From contig NW_027266284.1 in the NCBI RefSeq assembly GCF_022045235.1, positions 3,596,001 to 3,660,000 on the forward strand: a DNA stretch of 64,000 nt. Reading direction: 5' to 3'. A program made the position numbers and the translations under genes. The notes below the pieces were generated by a model. That model did no database searches and was not told the origin of the DNA. It saw only the letters and a list, made by a program, of their open reading frames with translations. This document shows, piece after piece, positions 1 through 12,800 of the stretch (within the stretch, counting starts at the first letter, position 1; every line of letters starts with the position of its first letter). The DNA comes from Haliotis cracherodii (taxonomy: Eukaryota).

Positions 1-2295
1 AACAGACAAACCAAAGCTGGAAATACTATGTGTATGGTTATGTCTTACTAGAATCTACCAACAGCTGCTTACATTTAACTCCGTTTTTTATTTTAATATC
101 CTGGTTTTCACATCAAGTTATTAATGGCGTCAGTTGGCAATGTCCCCCCACGTCCATCAGAAATGTACTCCATAATAGTATGAAAATTTAATCATACTTT
201 TGAAAATATGAACATTTAATACATAAATTATGAGAGGATCAAATATACGACTTCTATCTTTCCCTGGTACACAATAATCATAATCTGTCCATTTAAATAG
301 AATGCCATATTTGATTAACCTTATCAAAAGTTGAGTATAGTGTGTTGAGGGAACCAGTGAGCATAAAACAACAGATACTAGGTGTGGTCATGGTGACCCA
401 TCACGCAAATCACTTACCGCCTTATAGCCGAACCTCGTTATACAGCACAGAGCCACAAATGATACTGATTTCTCACGTTACTCTTCATCTACACATGAAT
501 ACTAATCAAGTTGATTTTGTATTTCAGAAACTCCCCATTACTGTGTCGGTAAAAAACCCGTAGCAATTATGATTTTATTAGACAAAACCTCAGCTTGACA
601 ATGAATGGACAAGGTACTTCACGCCTAATAAAGGAAACAATATAACATGTGCTATTGCTGGTGTTTTCCTCCTGTCAAGTTTCACGAATCAAGGACATGC
701 GACTTTACTTAGTTGTGCGACCGGTCCAGCACACAGCTTGTCTGTGTTATATTTAGTCCTCCCATGAGTTCTCTGGTTTGTTACTGTGACCCACACGGTC
801 TTAAGGTTACTGACAAACTCCCCAGTTTAAATAAGCCCAGCACAAATACCCATCGTGTTTCTTCCAGACAAATATTTCAGTTGCTTCATACAACCTTTCA
901 CAAAAGGCCCGCTACAGGAGCGCCCGGTTTCCTCAAGAATGTTGCATTATACATTCTACAGGAACTTGAAAGGGTCATAGATGGTAATTCGCTGCTCTAC
1001 ACGCAGATCCTTTTTCAGCAATGACATAATATCACAAATCATATTGGGTCACACGAGCAAATGTCGGAAATGACGCATAATCAATCAATTAGTATTTCTC
1101 TTGAATAATTTCCAGTGATGAAATACGATACAGACTACGTAACACGACATGTGACAGTATGCCGACTACACGTTGTAAGCTTGCAGCTACTGTAATAAAA
1201 CCCAGATGCGCAGTTATTTAGACGCAATGTGGTTACAAAGTAGGTCACACCGGAAAACCAACACGTTGCTATTCGGGCTGTACTTGGATTTTATTGCTGC
1301 ACAAGTGTTCACTTTGACCTCAATATCTTTCCACTGAAATATCCGTCTCGGGCACTAAACTGCATTGCGGTTGCACTGTTGTCCCACAACCCTTGTACAA
1401 TGCCGGTTCAACTAGGTCAGCATATTCAAATCTGATTGACCTCTTTCCATCCTAAGTGACCGTCTCCGTTTCCGCCCATCTCATTCAAATATTTAAATAT
1501 CTACAAAATAATTCCAAAGTAGTTTAAACATGATTCATGCGTGTACTAGCACTCGTGACTTTATTTAGTTCGACTACGAGGCATCTGTCGCGCCCTGTAC
1601 ATTTCTATTCACAACATTTTCGTTCATCACGTGTCATCTCAAGAAAAAACCATTCGATTTAACGAATAACTAATACAACGGTATTAATAAATATAAAAAT
1701 CATACCAAACTGTAACACCGTTTGCCTTTATAAAGAAATACCAGACATAAGATAAATTTATATTTTCTGAAAACTATTTCTGATGCACACATGTCGCGTA
1801 ATAACGAAAGTGTTATTCCCGCCCGGCATCGCTTCAGGTACCTGTACTGTCTGATGTTTAGAGCTCGCTATCTCCACGAGCACACAAGTGATGGAGACAT
1901 GTTGGAAAACTTCGCAAGGGCGACTGTGTGACTAAGCGAAAACTAAATTTAAAATTTTCACAGGGCACAAATACAAGCCGGTGTCGTGTGGAGTAAAATT
2001 ACGTGTTGCATAGTCCATCTAAAGAAAGGTCTGGAACGATAGAACAATCGATATTTAAATGGACGACCCTTTAAATCGCAGAGGCGTGGTGAAGAAGATA
2101 CACGATGATACTCACACAAATTCTCCCTCCAAAACATTATCGAAATTTAAACTGCTTCCTTGCCACGTCGGGAAACCGTAATAAATTATGTCTATTTGTA
2201 AGGAAAATCCCTCAAATAGGAAAATCTCGATCATTGCTAAGTTTGATTGAGAAACCATGTCATCTTTCAGTATACATGTAAAATAAAGTACTTAC

Positions 2296-2298
2296 CAT
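2296..2298 (-). CDS. Probable ATG-only exon 1 of a fourth alpha-tubulin gene; rest of gene lies left of the window
   Basis: Minus strand reads tcaacATG|gtaagtac, like gene C exon 1 (ccaacATG|gtaagtac). Upstream 16-mer at 2360-2375 is identical to 26313-26328 in the gene A 5'UTR. TATA lies at 2423-2430 with matching spacing. No exon 2 found in 1-2290. Confidence 0.6.
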
Positions 2299-2359
2299 GT
2301 TGAATAGTTAAAGATGCTTGATAAAATGTGGAAAACAAGTTAAACGTGAAAACAGAGGC

Positions 2360-2430
2360 CTCACTCAGCTTTCTATGGTGCTGGGATGAGATGACTGATG
2401 ACGAATGCCGTTGCGCAGTCTCTATATATA
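2360..2430 (-). promoter_or_regulatory. TATA-containing core promoter/5'UTR homologous to that of tubulin A
   Basis: ctcactcagctttcta (2360-2375), tgcgcagtctct and TATATATA (2423-2430) parallel ctcactcagctttcta (26313-26328), tgcgcagactct and tttata (26378-26383). Confidence 0.65.
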
Positions 2431-3599
2431 CCCAGCACGAGTGCGCACACAGACGTCCTCGCCATTAGAGGTCTTGAGACTCATTGACAGTTGCCACGTA
2501 TCCTTGATGTAGAATATATGTTTTTTCAATATACATCCCTTTTTATTAAACTTATGAATGACGTTTAAAAACACTGATCATAATGAGAAAGAAACCCGGG
2601 TAATTGTTTTATGATTTAAATGGAAAAAACAACAACAACACATTGTTCATATCGTTTCCTTTCATATACACAACGATTTGTGGACATAAAATTCGAACTT
2701 GACTTGTAACGGATGGACTCGAGTTTCTCAAAATATATTTTTCAAAATACTATGAATGCATGTCTTTTCTCCTTGCAATTGCACACCGGCTGCATTTCCT
2801 AAGAGGTTTTGTCGTGAAATAAATAGTCCGGGGACCTATTATGACAAGGACTGATAGTAGAGCGACGTACGGAACCAGACATCTCGATTTAAACGATATT
2901 ATTTGAATCCGTGTTCATGCGTTACACCCTTACGCAACCACCCGACAATAGAAATCAAACACACTCATTCTCGCTCGGTTGTATACAAAGCATTCTAGCA
3001 AAAGCAGGATAACATCGTCACGATGCGCGTTATAACGAAACGGGTCGCGACAGTGGGGGGATGCTGTCTGAAACCAAAACCAGCCGAGTGCGTCACAGCT
3101 GGTTATATAGCTTGACGGGTTTACGGTTCATTGATCAAACCTGACAGTTGAAATGGGAAGTTTGGCGCGCGTGAAAACTGTTTGCTGAATGTGCTTGTAT
3201 TTTTGTAAAGACACATATTCATTGATTATGAATTAGAGGCGATTTGTAAAATTTAGGATTTTTGGTTTGCAACAAGAATATGTATTTTCGATGCTCTTGC
3301 GTACTAGGTCAACACGAAACATACTTAAATTAGTATAAAGCTGTTCATTTGATATTGACACTAATGTAATTAATCCGGCTCCCAGGTGTAAACTAGACGA
3401 GTAGAAAGACACCGCAAATGTGCACATGGATCTCCCGAATGTGATTCCTGTAGTATGTTCGTGCAGTTGCCATCTGACAATTTGAATTAGATTCTAGTCG
3501 TGTTCCATCAATTACTTAGTGGGAAGATAATAAATCATTTTTGTGAGCTGTTGAAAATAGGATTGGTGCATGCCACACTATATAATGCTACCCCTTGTG

Positions 3600-4010
3600 T
3601 GTCGGTGATGTTTTCCGACAAGACCACGTGACAGGCCTGTGTTATGCAGTGGCTTTGTATGTATAAGTACACCTGGACGGATGACGTCACCTCTGTCGTG
3701 ACGCCAATGAATATGAACGAGTTTCACTGTCCAAATGTTTTCTGGGGCTATAGGTGTGCTGTGACAAAACCTGAAATGTTTAAACAACCTTGTTTTGATG
3801 AGCGTAGTTGTACTGATGTTCAAGCACGCCATGCTTACCTGTAAGAAAACTGTCTGTCCCCTGTGGGTGATGCACGTGAATTATGTTCCCTGTGCCTCTG
3901 GCACGTGCATCCCGCTCTTTGGCGAATGGGATTTTATGAAATGCACGTCCCGGGGCAAATATAATTCATACTGGACCAACTGCAGCACATCATCAGTCAC
4001 AGAAATGTTA
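3600..4010 (+). mobile_element. Possible highly decayed Tc1/mariner transposase remnant
   Basis: Scattered frameshifted resemblance to Tc1 motifs (RPRDRPVL, VFWG). Weak. Confidence 0.25.
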
Positions 4011-4026
4011 TTTGCCCATATTATGA

Positions 4027-4264
4027 TTTGTTTGTTTGTTGTTGAGGGGATGTTGCAATATTCCAGCTATATGATGGTGGTCTGTAAATAATCGAGTCTG
4101 GACCAGACGATCCAGTGATTGACATCAGGACCATCGATCCAAGCAATTGGGATACGATGACATACATCAACCAGGCAGTGAGCCTGACACCCGATCCCGT
4201 TAGTCACCTTTTACGGCAAACATGGGTTGCTGAAGGCCTATTCTACCCCGGATCATCACGGGTC
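4027..4264 (-). mobile_element. SINE-like interspersed repeat, family A ((AAAC)n tail)
   Basis: Matches copies at 22363, 31354, 52064 and 54539 (shared gactaacggg and ctggtccagactcgatta motifs plus the (aaac)n tail). Confidence 0.85.
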
Positions 4265-4899
4265 GGGCCTGTTATGAGCAATTATACCATTAATCAAGAA
4301 AAGAGTAAGTTTAACAAAAAGTTACCAAATCACACGTCCGTTTAATGTACAGAATAACACACTGAATAAATCATAAATATATTCGTTCATAAACAGTTTA
4401 AATATTGATCTTGATGTTAGTAGATATGTCAGTGTTAATTCCACATAATGTGTTCATCGCGCCGTTGCAGAATATTTCTTTCGTTCGCCTTCGGTGTGGA
4501 CTTCGCGGGTTCGAATCCCACTGGCCACATCGATTTTTCGTGAAATTGTTCTGTCATCAAGGTAAATTAAAGGGGGATAAAAGGAAGTTCCGTCATTACC
4601 AAGTTGTGTGTAACTAACAATGAAGTCGAAGACAGGGGACCATGACTGTAGCAGCTGTTGCCTCGGGCAATGTAACGGTCAACCTCTCATCGTAGTGGCG
4701 CTGTCACCTGTAATGGTACTGTTCCGTGGCTGCCAAGTGTAACTAAATATATTTCGCAGGTGCTCTGAAAGCAAAAACACAAATTACCTGTCAAAATATT
4801 AAGCTCGTCCTTGACATTCTTGCCGCTCAATTTCAAGAATGCGTCTCATGGAATATTTATGGAGTTTATCTACCCATACCTAATCTGGCCATTGAACAT

Positions 4900-6270
4900 C
4901 ACTGTTGTTGTTGCATTAAGTGTTTAAGAGGTCGCCTTCTGCCTAGGCAATTTCGGCTGACCTGTCCCTCTTTGGGACTCGTGTGTGTGAGTAGGGTACA
5001 CATATCTATTGTGAGTTTGGTATTCACATAATTTCTGTTTTTGTATTGATATGATTTCTATTTTCTTATATTGATGTGATTTCATTTTTATCCTTGGCTG
5101 CTCTGTTTATATACGTTCGAGTAGCTGCCCATCTCCCAGAAATAAAGTAAGTTTGGCCTTCGCTATTGCATTACTTGGCTTTAAGAGATCTATGACAGAT
5201 AGCGGATCAAACTAACTGCAATTCTTGTTTTAACCTAGACCGGGCTGGGGGATGGTCTTGACATTCTAGTAACACTTGAGCAATGGTTTCAGCCTGATTG
5301 CAAGATGAACAAACCTTGTCATAGTGCTTTTTGTGACCGAGTCTGAGGCATGAGATAGCAATTTCAATTTTCCTTTCATTTGAGTATGAGTTTGGCTTTT
5401 GGTGGACCTTGGGTTGAATTTTGTATAGCCATCTGCCGATCTCACTTGCGTCCCATTGGGCTTGCCATCTTTTTGCTATGGATGCTTTGATTTTGATTTT
5501 TATCTCTAGTTTCCATGAACATCTATGTGAGAGCGGATCCAACACAGCTCCACCTGTTGCCATACTGACTGACCATCAGGCAGGCGAACTGAATGTGCTA
5601 GGGGTTTAGAGCTGTGGATATGCACTATTGTTGATAGGATTCTTGGATCCATCAGTGTATATATGGACCCAGCAGTTCCAGGTAGTTTAAATTTTAGTGA
5701 TAGCTACTGATCGTAGTAGGGTTGGGTTTTCTTTCTTAGTGACTTCTGATGTTAAAGCAGTGTCAACTTTGGCAGTTCAGGGTGTAGGGACTTTCTGGAG
5801 GCTGAATGTCATCACAATTGTGACTTCGAATGAGTTCACGTACTAATATCCCAGATGGCTTTAGTTCTTCGTGCTAGGGCTTCATCTCGAGTGTTTTTGT
5901 CTTGCCATATCTTTTTAACCAAAGGGTTTGATGTTCGTCCCCAGAACGATACTATTGCCTGCTGTCTTCTTAGTTTCAATGGGAGTTCTCCCGTTTCTGC
6001 TTGTAGTGAGGTGCCTGTTGCTGCGCCTGTGGCTAACATTAGGGCTTTGTATTGTATTCTGTCTAGGCGCCTCAAGACAGTATTTGATGCTGAATGAAAG
6101 GCCCCACAACCATAGGCAATTTTTGATCTGATAAGAGATTTGTAGAGGTCCAGATAAGTGTCCCTCGATGTGCCCCAAGATGTGCCTGAAATTGCCCGTA
6201 ATATGTTCAGGTCTTTTTGACATCTCTTTTCCACATATTCTATATGTTTGCGCCTAGTGAGGTGTTGATC
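4900..6270 (-). mobile_element. Decayed I-group non-LTR retrotransposon 3' part (RT C-terminus, RNase H, Cys/His knuckle)
   Basis: Translations: KRCQKDLNILRAISGTSWG...LYKSLIRSKIAYGC...LDRIQYKALMLATGA; VHIYTDGSK (RNase H, about 5640-5670); RWQAQWD...GRWLYKIQP...LRLGH...CSSCNQAETIAQVLLEC. Frameshifted. Confidence 0.85.
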
Positions 6271-6274
6271 AAGG

Positions 6275-7720
6275 AGAAGTGGGATGAGAATGGCATTCTA
6301 GTGCTGAGGAGAGGATGGGAGTGGGATATGTACGAGCTGAGAAGGGGGAGGAGAATGTCATTCTAGTGCTGAGGAGAGGATGGGAGTGGGATATGTTCGA
6401 GCTGAGAAGGGGATGAGAATGTCATTCTAGTGCTGAGGAGAGGATGGGAGTGGGATATGTACGAGCTGAGAAGGGGATGAGAATGTCATTCTAGTGCTGA
6501 AGAGAGGATGGGAGTGGGAAATGTACGAGCTGAGAAGGGGAGGAGGAATTGAGTACTAGAGCTGAGAATTTGGAAGAAGAACTGACAAGGGGGTGAGAAT
6601 TGGGGAGAAGAGCTGAGAAGTGGATGGGATCTGGGGAGTAGAGCTGATAAGGGGATGAGAATTGGGGAGTAGAGCTGAGAAGGGGAATGGAATTGGAAAA
6701 TAGAACTGACAAGGGGGTGGGAATGGGGGAGTAGAGCTGAGAAGGGGAATGGAATTGGAAAGTAGAACTGACAAGGGGGTGGGAATTGGGAACTAGAGCT
6801 GATAAGGGGATGAGAATTGGGGAATAGAACTGAGAAGGGGAATGGAATTGGAAAATAGAACTGACAAGGGAGTGGGACTTGGGGAGTAGAACTGAGAAGG
6901 GGAATGAAATTGGAAAGTAGAACTGACAAGGGGGTGGGAATTGGGGACTAGAGCTAAGAAGGGGATGGGAATTTGGAAGAAGAACTGAGAAGGGGATGGG
7001 AATTGAGTACTAGAGCTGAGGAGGGGATGGGAATTGGGGAGTAGAGCTGAGGAGGGGATGGGAATTGGGGAGTAGAGCTGAGAAGGGGGATGAGATTTGG
7101 TGAGTAGAGCTGAGAAGGGGATGGGAATTGGGGAGTAGAGCAGAGAAGGGGATGGGAATTGGGGAGTAGAGCAAAGAAGGGGATGGGAATCGAGCAGTAG
7201 AAATGAGAAGGGGATGATAATTGGGGAGTAGAGCTGATAAGGGGATGAGAATTGGGGAGTAGAGCTGAGGAGGGGATGGGAATTGGGGAGTAGAGCTGAA
7301 AAGGGGATGAGACTTGGGGAGTAGAGCTGAGAAGGGGGTGGGAATTGGGGAGTAGAGCTGAGAAGGGGATGCGAATTGGGGAGTAGTGCTGAGAAGGGGA
7401 TGGGAATTGAGCAGTAGAAATGAGAAGGGGATGATAATTGGGGAGTAGAGCTGATAAGGGGATGAGAATTGGGGAGTAGAGCTGAGGAGGGGATGGGAAT
7501 TGGGGAGTAGAACTGAAAAGGGGATGAGACTTGGGGAGTAGAGCTGAGAAGGGGGTGGGAATTGGGGAGTAGAGCTGAGAAGGGGATGGGAATTGGGGAG
7601 TAGAGCTGAAAAGGGGATGAGACTTGGGGAGTAGAGCTGAGAAGGGGGTGGGAATTGGGGAGTAGAGCTGAGAAGGGGATGGGAATTGGGGGGTACAGCT
7701 GAGAAGGGGGTGGAAAATGA
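6275..7720 (+). repeat. G-rich minisatellite, ~31-bp unit gggaattggggagtagagctgagaaggggat (about 64-bp variant at left end)
   Basis: Direct tandem repetition. Explains the Pro/Ser-rich minus-strand ORFs. Confidence 0.95.
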
Positions 7721-7729
7721 GTACCACAT

Positions 7730-8051
7730 GTTTCAACCACAGTCAGAGAGAGACATATTCACACACGCTATTCTGTTACATTCTTCAAACACAGTCACAG
7801 AGAGATATATTCACACACGCTATTCCGTTACATGCTTCAATCACAGTCACAGAGAGAGACATATTCACACACGGTATTCCGTTACATGCTTCAACCAGTC
7901 ACAGAGAGACATATTCACACACGCTATTCTGTTACACGCTTCAACCACAGTCAGAGAGAGAGACATATTCACACACGCTATTCCGTTACATGCTTCAACC
8001 ACAATCAGAGAGAGACATATTCACACACGCTATTCCGTTACATGCTTCAAC
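7730..8051 (+). repeat. ~56-bp minisatellite (ttcaaccacagtcagagagagacatattcacacacgctattccgttacatgc), resumes at 9483-9566
   Basis: Tandem copies on both sides of the MULE insertion. Confidence 0.9.
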
Positions 8052-9482
8052 GGTTTATGCACGCCAGAGCGACATTGGGGTGAAAATAGCTCAATTTGAC
8101 TCGACTCGTATGTCGCTCTCGCGTTACATTTGCTAACGAACCAATTAAGTTCGGATTTAGTGCACAATGCGTTAAGCTCCCATGTCTAGTCCAAATGAAA
8201 ACACAATAAGGGTTTTAAAACAACACAGTAATCCATATTATATTTCACATCACCACCATATGACACATAAATAAGATATCTTTCTTCTTTTAATAATAAA
8301 ATAAGATAATAAAAATTTTGTCACTCTCATTTTATTCACAAAGAGTCTGGAGTCGGTTGTCGATGTTAATATATCTCCTCCTCTTTGTTGGTCGCTTTCC
8401 TCCAGCTGCATACTGCAACATCAACGTCTCATTGTTGAGCTGCTCCTTCTTTAGGAAGGCAAGAAACTGAAAAAATCGGGTATGGGCCTTGGATACCAGT
8501 CCCTGCAGGCAGTGATGCCATCCCTCTAGATGGGCCTTGGTTACCAGTCTCTGCAGGCGGTGATGCCATCCCTCTAGATGGGTCTTGGATACCAGTCCCT
8601 GCAGGCGGTGATGCCATCCCTCTAGATGGGTCTTGGATACCAGTCTCTGCAGGCGGTGATGCCATCCCTCTAGATGGTTGTTAGTTCTTGGACCATCGTT
8701 GTCGAAGTGGTTCCCTTGCTCGGTGTGCAGGTGGCCCTCTATCCAGTGAGAGGTGACATCGGCAGTCATCTGGTATATCTTCCATTATGTCTAGCCACTA
8801 AGTTTCTACCTAAAAAGAAAAAAATATAAGTATAGGAATAATATAAACAATATGTGATACATGATTTTTCGTTGATCGTGACTACAACATATAATTATGT
8901 CTAAAATTTTAGTAGAAAATGTACTTATAATATTTTTTAATGTATTACCTGATGCGGTGGAATCAATGGCAGGCCTGCAATTCGCCTCACAAAGGTCTAC
9001 ACTTCAGGGCATTCTCTGTAAGGAATCTGCAGGCCAAGGTTCTGCGCTCGTCGCCAAATGCATTGGGAGTAATGGAAGAAACAACCCTCCCATTCACATG
9101 GGAGCAACATTTCGAGCAGCATCTTCGAAGTCCATCTATTAAAAGAAAATAGTGTTAATACCAAATTGTAAAATTTTATTTATATTAATTTATACTTAAA
9201 CAAATTACAAATAAATATAGTTTTATCGTATATAAAAATACCTGGAACATCTGTGCTTGCAACTGCAGATGTCTTCGCTTGACACTGATTGAACGTGCCA
9301 CAATGATTAGTATGATTACTAAATCATAATTAATTACTGAGATGTGGCCATGGTGAACATACTAATCCTATGTTAAAACATTCTAATCCTTTACGTAAAC
9401 AGATTAAATCTTCAAAGCATTACCGCATGTTGCTCTCGCGTTCAGTCTAAAAATTCAAATGTCGCTCTGGAGTGACGACACC
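8052..9482 (-). mobile_element. Defective Mutator-like (MULE) DNA transposon
   Basis: Imperfect 25-bp TIRs (ggtttatgcacgccagagcgacatt / revcomp ggtgtcgtcactccagagcgacatt). 8-bp TSD gcttcaac/gcttcaag. ORF 8332-8769 has PRTNNHLEGWHHRL, the MULE-type catalytic-E motif. Confidence 0.8.
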
Positions 9483-9566
9483 GCTTCAAGCAGTCAGAGA
9501 GAGACATATTCACACACGCTATTCCGTTACATGCTTCAACCACAGTCAGAGAGAGACATATTCACA
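9483..9566 (+). repeat. Continuation of the ~56-bp minisatellite
   Basis: Same unit as 7730-8051. Confidence 0.85.
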
Positions 9567-9829
9567 TTTATTAAGTGCTAAGTACCACACCACAGAAGGG
9601 TATCCTAACACTTAAATGTAGAAATATCAGAATAAATATGCAAGCATACATGGTTTGGTATTTATTTGGTGACATATAATATGCCAAAAATGTAGGGGAT
9701 AGTAGGAATCATCTTCTGATTTATAGGGCATTGGCAAACAGAGGGGATAGGATCATATCTGCTGGGGAGTAGGCGATCAGATCTAATGGGTTCTAATGGT
9801 CAGTGTGATGAGATGGTGGCGAAATATAG

Positions 9830-10380
9830 CTCTTTAAAGGGGTTGGGGGTCAAAGTTGAAATTTGCATTTTGGAGCCAATGTCGGGTAAAACTACCTCTG
9901 CTGGCCAGACATGTACGAATTCTTCGACTCTTGCTTCTCATGAGTCGACCAATGACAGCTTGACTCATGTTGTTCCATTCAATAGTGTGAGCAAGACCGA
10001 ATTCATTGACAGTGGTGGGTGGATTTTTAAGTTGACGTACACGTCTGCCCAATGACGTCCCAGACGTGTTCAGATGTTGAAAGGCCAGAACATAGTGCTG
10101 GCCAAGCAGGTTGTGCTGTTGGAGGAAATGGGTCACTGGCACGATGCGCACTTGCAAGATGAAACGTTTCCAAACACGTTTTGTAAATGACAACGCGAGT
10201 GCTACAATGCTGTTGTGCCCTGCGACCTGCAACTTTGCAGTTCGACCAGGCATTGTGATACCATCCCATGCCATCATGGACCCATCCCCAAAACGATCAT
10301 GCTGTACGACGTTAACGTCCATCAAACGATCACTAGGACGTCTCCAAACTCGATAAATTCGGTCATGAAAATCTAGAGAT
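9830..10380 (-). mobile_element. Tc1/mariner transposase remnant (DDE region)
   Basis: RVWRRP...HDRFGDGSMMAWDGIT (cf. DRFGGGSVMVWGGI) and frameshifted SGLSTSEHVWDVIG (cf. SPDLNPIEHVWD). Confidence 0.8.
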
Positions 10381-10467
10381 CCCCGATTAGTAAGAAAATA
10401 TGACATTAGCCTTACAACGTTGAATATCCCAGTGCTGCCGTTCCCTAAACCACTTTATTACTTGCCC

Positions 10468-10743
10468 GTGAAGAGATCACCCGTTTAATAAACATACAGC
10501 TTTATTACACATTGTGTAATACCAAAACGCGTGCTTGTGTACTCTCGGAACACGTTTCACGAACAAATATTGAAAGCTCGCAACATCCCTTGGCTTATTC
10601 AAAGACATTGCGTGTGGAGTTGATAGATCACTGAGAGGAGCTTATGCACACTCGATGACCCCAGCAACCTTGTTGCTAGGGTGACGTCACATGGCATTGT
10701 TTCGCCGATGGGTCTTGCAACAAAATTCCACAAATTACGTCAT
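10468..10743 (+). repeat. Copy 1 of a ~275-bp direct duplication (copy 2 at 11185-11459)
   Basis: Near-identical tgaagagatcacccgtttaataaac...caaaattccacaaattacgtcat. Confidence 0.9.
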
Positions 10744-11059
10744 CGGGTATTGTGACGTTATTGTAAAGTTTGAGGTACAAGGCCCGTTCCACAAGGCGAT
10801 CGTATTGTAGCGCAACGACAGTCGTTAGTCTAAGTTAAAGTATGTGAGTTGCGATAGTCTTAGCCCTACAATAATTTTGTGAATTCTAAAGGTGGACCGT
10901 ATTATGGTATTAAATTCATACCTTTCAACTTTTGACGTGTTTGAAGTATTATTCTGTATTATAACTCAATTGGACTATGCCGTGGATCGTGTAGGTGTCA
11001 GCTAGCCTATTCATACTCAACAGTATAATTCTAAAAACGATGTAAATAGCAAGTAATAA

Positions 11060-11460
11060 ATATAGAATACTAAACGAGCTCCCGTGTAATACCAATTTTA
11101 TGAAACGAGTGAATAGTTCTGGTATCTGACGAGCGAAAGCGAGACAGATACCACAACTATTCACGAGTTTCATAAAATTGGTGTTGAAGAGATCACCCGT
11201 TTAATAAACATACAGCTTTATTACACATTGTGTAATACCAAAACGCGTGCTTATGTACTCTCGGAACACGTTTCACGAACAAATATTGAAAGCTCTCAAC
11301 ATCCCTTGGCGTATTCAACGACATTGTGTGTGGAGATGATAGATCACTGAGAGGAGCTTATGCACACTCGATGTCCCCAGCAACCTTGTTGCTAGGCTGA
11401 CGACACATGGCATTGTTTCGCCGATGGATCTTGCAACAAAATTCCACAAATTACGTCATT
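11060..11460. mobile_element. Palindromic non-autonomous element with central hairpin (11088-11185), possibly Crypton-type
   Basis: About 40-bp arms accaattttatgaaac...ggtatctg / cagatacc...gtttcataaaattggt around the loop acgagcgaaagcgaga. Family assignment is inference. Confidence 0.5.
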
Positions 11461-12634
11461 GTGACCCCTACTTTTCTTTATAATAGCATATAAGAGATGC
11501 GTTATCGTCAAGAAAAATGTTTTTCAGGAGCCTTCGTGCCAGGGAGCAAATATTCAAGCTTTGTTATTTCAAAAACTGTTAAAGATCAACATCACCACCT
11601 TTGTCTACTCAACGTAGTGTTGATGGTCTTTCGCAATAAGGTTACTGGTATATTTCATAGTCTTATACTTAATTACAGGCTAGATAAGCATTGCTTCTAT
11701 GCAGCTTATACCGAGTAAATGTGTCCATATAAACATCAGTAAGGCCTTTAAATCAATTTCACGTATATAATGTATACCGTTCCCAAAAATACATAGAGTG
11801 TGTTACATTTCAATGTCTATGTTCACTATAACCCTTCATCCATAAACACAGCTTTGCACTGTTATTTTGAATATTGTAATTATTGTCATTAAGATTTAAG
11901 TAGAATCATATTAATGTTCCAATATCTTTTGTTAAAAGTAAAACGCCAGGTGGTGTGTTTTATCTGACATATAAACAGAATTTTCAATTTCATAATTTTG
12001 AATCTTAGTACGACGACCGTCCGTCTGCCCGTCACCGTGTAGGAGTGTCTTTTTCAGCCCAGAAACCGAAAATAAAATAACGATCACACATGTCAAAACT
12101 ATGGTGGCCGAGACGGGACATCGCATTCTCGCTCTATCGCTTTCTCGCGGTTAAGCAATATCTCCTCTTGACCACTATAGGGGCCGCATGTGATATCTGC
12201 TGCAATTGGGAGGTAATGTTGAACTTTTCTCACTATTTACTCAAAACATAATTTAACTGTGGAGACGTAGGTGATTTTAAAACAATCCACCGATTTTTGC
12301 GTAAAATGTAATTGATTGATTTATGGCCCTATTCAGTTGTATGTGACCATCACACCGAAAGCGCGTGGCAGATCATGGCAATACTCTCTAAATAAATCAG
12401 GTTAAAATCTAAATATTTACAATATATATAAGTTAAGAAGACTATGGTTAATTAGTCATGGCTGATTGTTTTGCAAAAATACGATCTTGTAATTGTGAGT
12501 GTTCTATAACTTTTTTTCGGTAGTATATGATGTTACAGTGTGTCATAAGGTTGTCCGTAAATGTTCTTTTTGACATTTGATGTATGTTTAACTTGAATTG
12601 TACTTGCATATAGTGATTTGATAAACACCGATGT

Positions 12635-12800
12635 GAGTGAGTGAGTGAGAATGGTTTCACGTCGCTTTTAACAATAATCCAGTAATATCACGGGGAACAC
12701 CAGAAATGGGCTTCACGCATTGTACCCATGTGGGGAATCGAACTGTGTCTTCGGCTTGACGATCGAACGCTTTAACCACTAGGCTTACCCCACTGCCCCC
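12635..12800 (-). mobile_element. tRNA-derived SINE, family B short form
   Basis: Reverse complement has A-box agcctagtggttaa, B-box gttcgattccc and a (cact)n tail. Second copy at 48777-48915. Confidence 0.85.

Noticed and set aside
4490-4535. tRNA-like GGTTCGAATCCC motifs (also 40128, 49362, 63305)
   Set aside because: No complete cloverleaf; best explained as SINE heads rather than tRNA genes.
6486-8136. Pro/Ser-rich and RHIHTRY ORFs
   Set aside because: Minisatellite artefacts.
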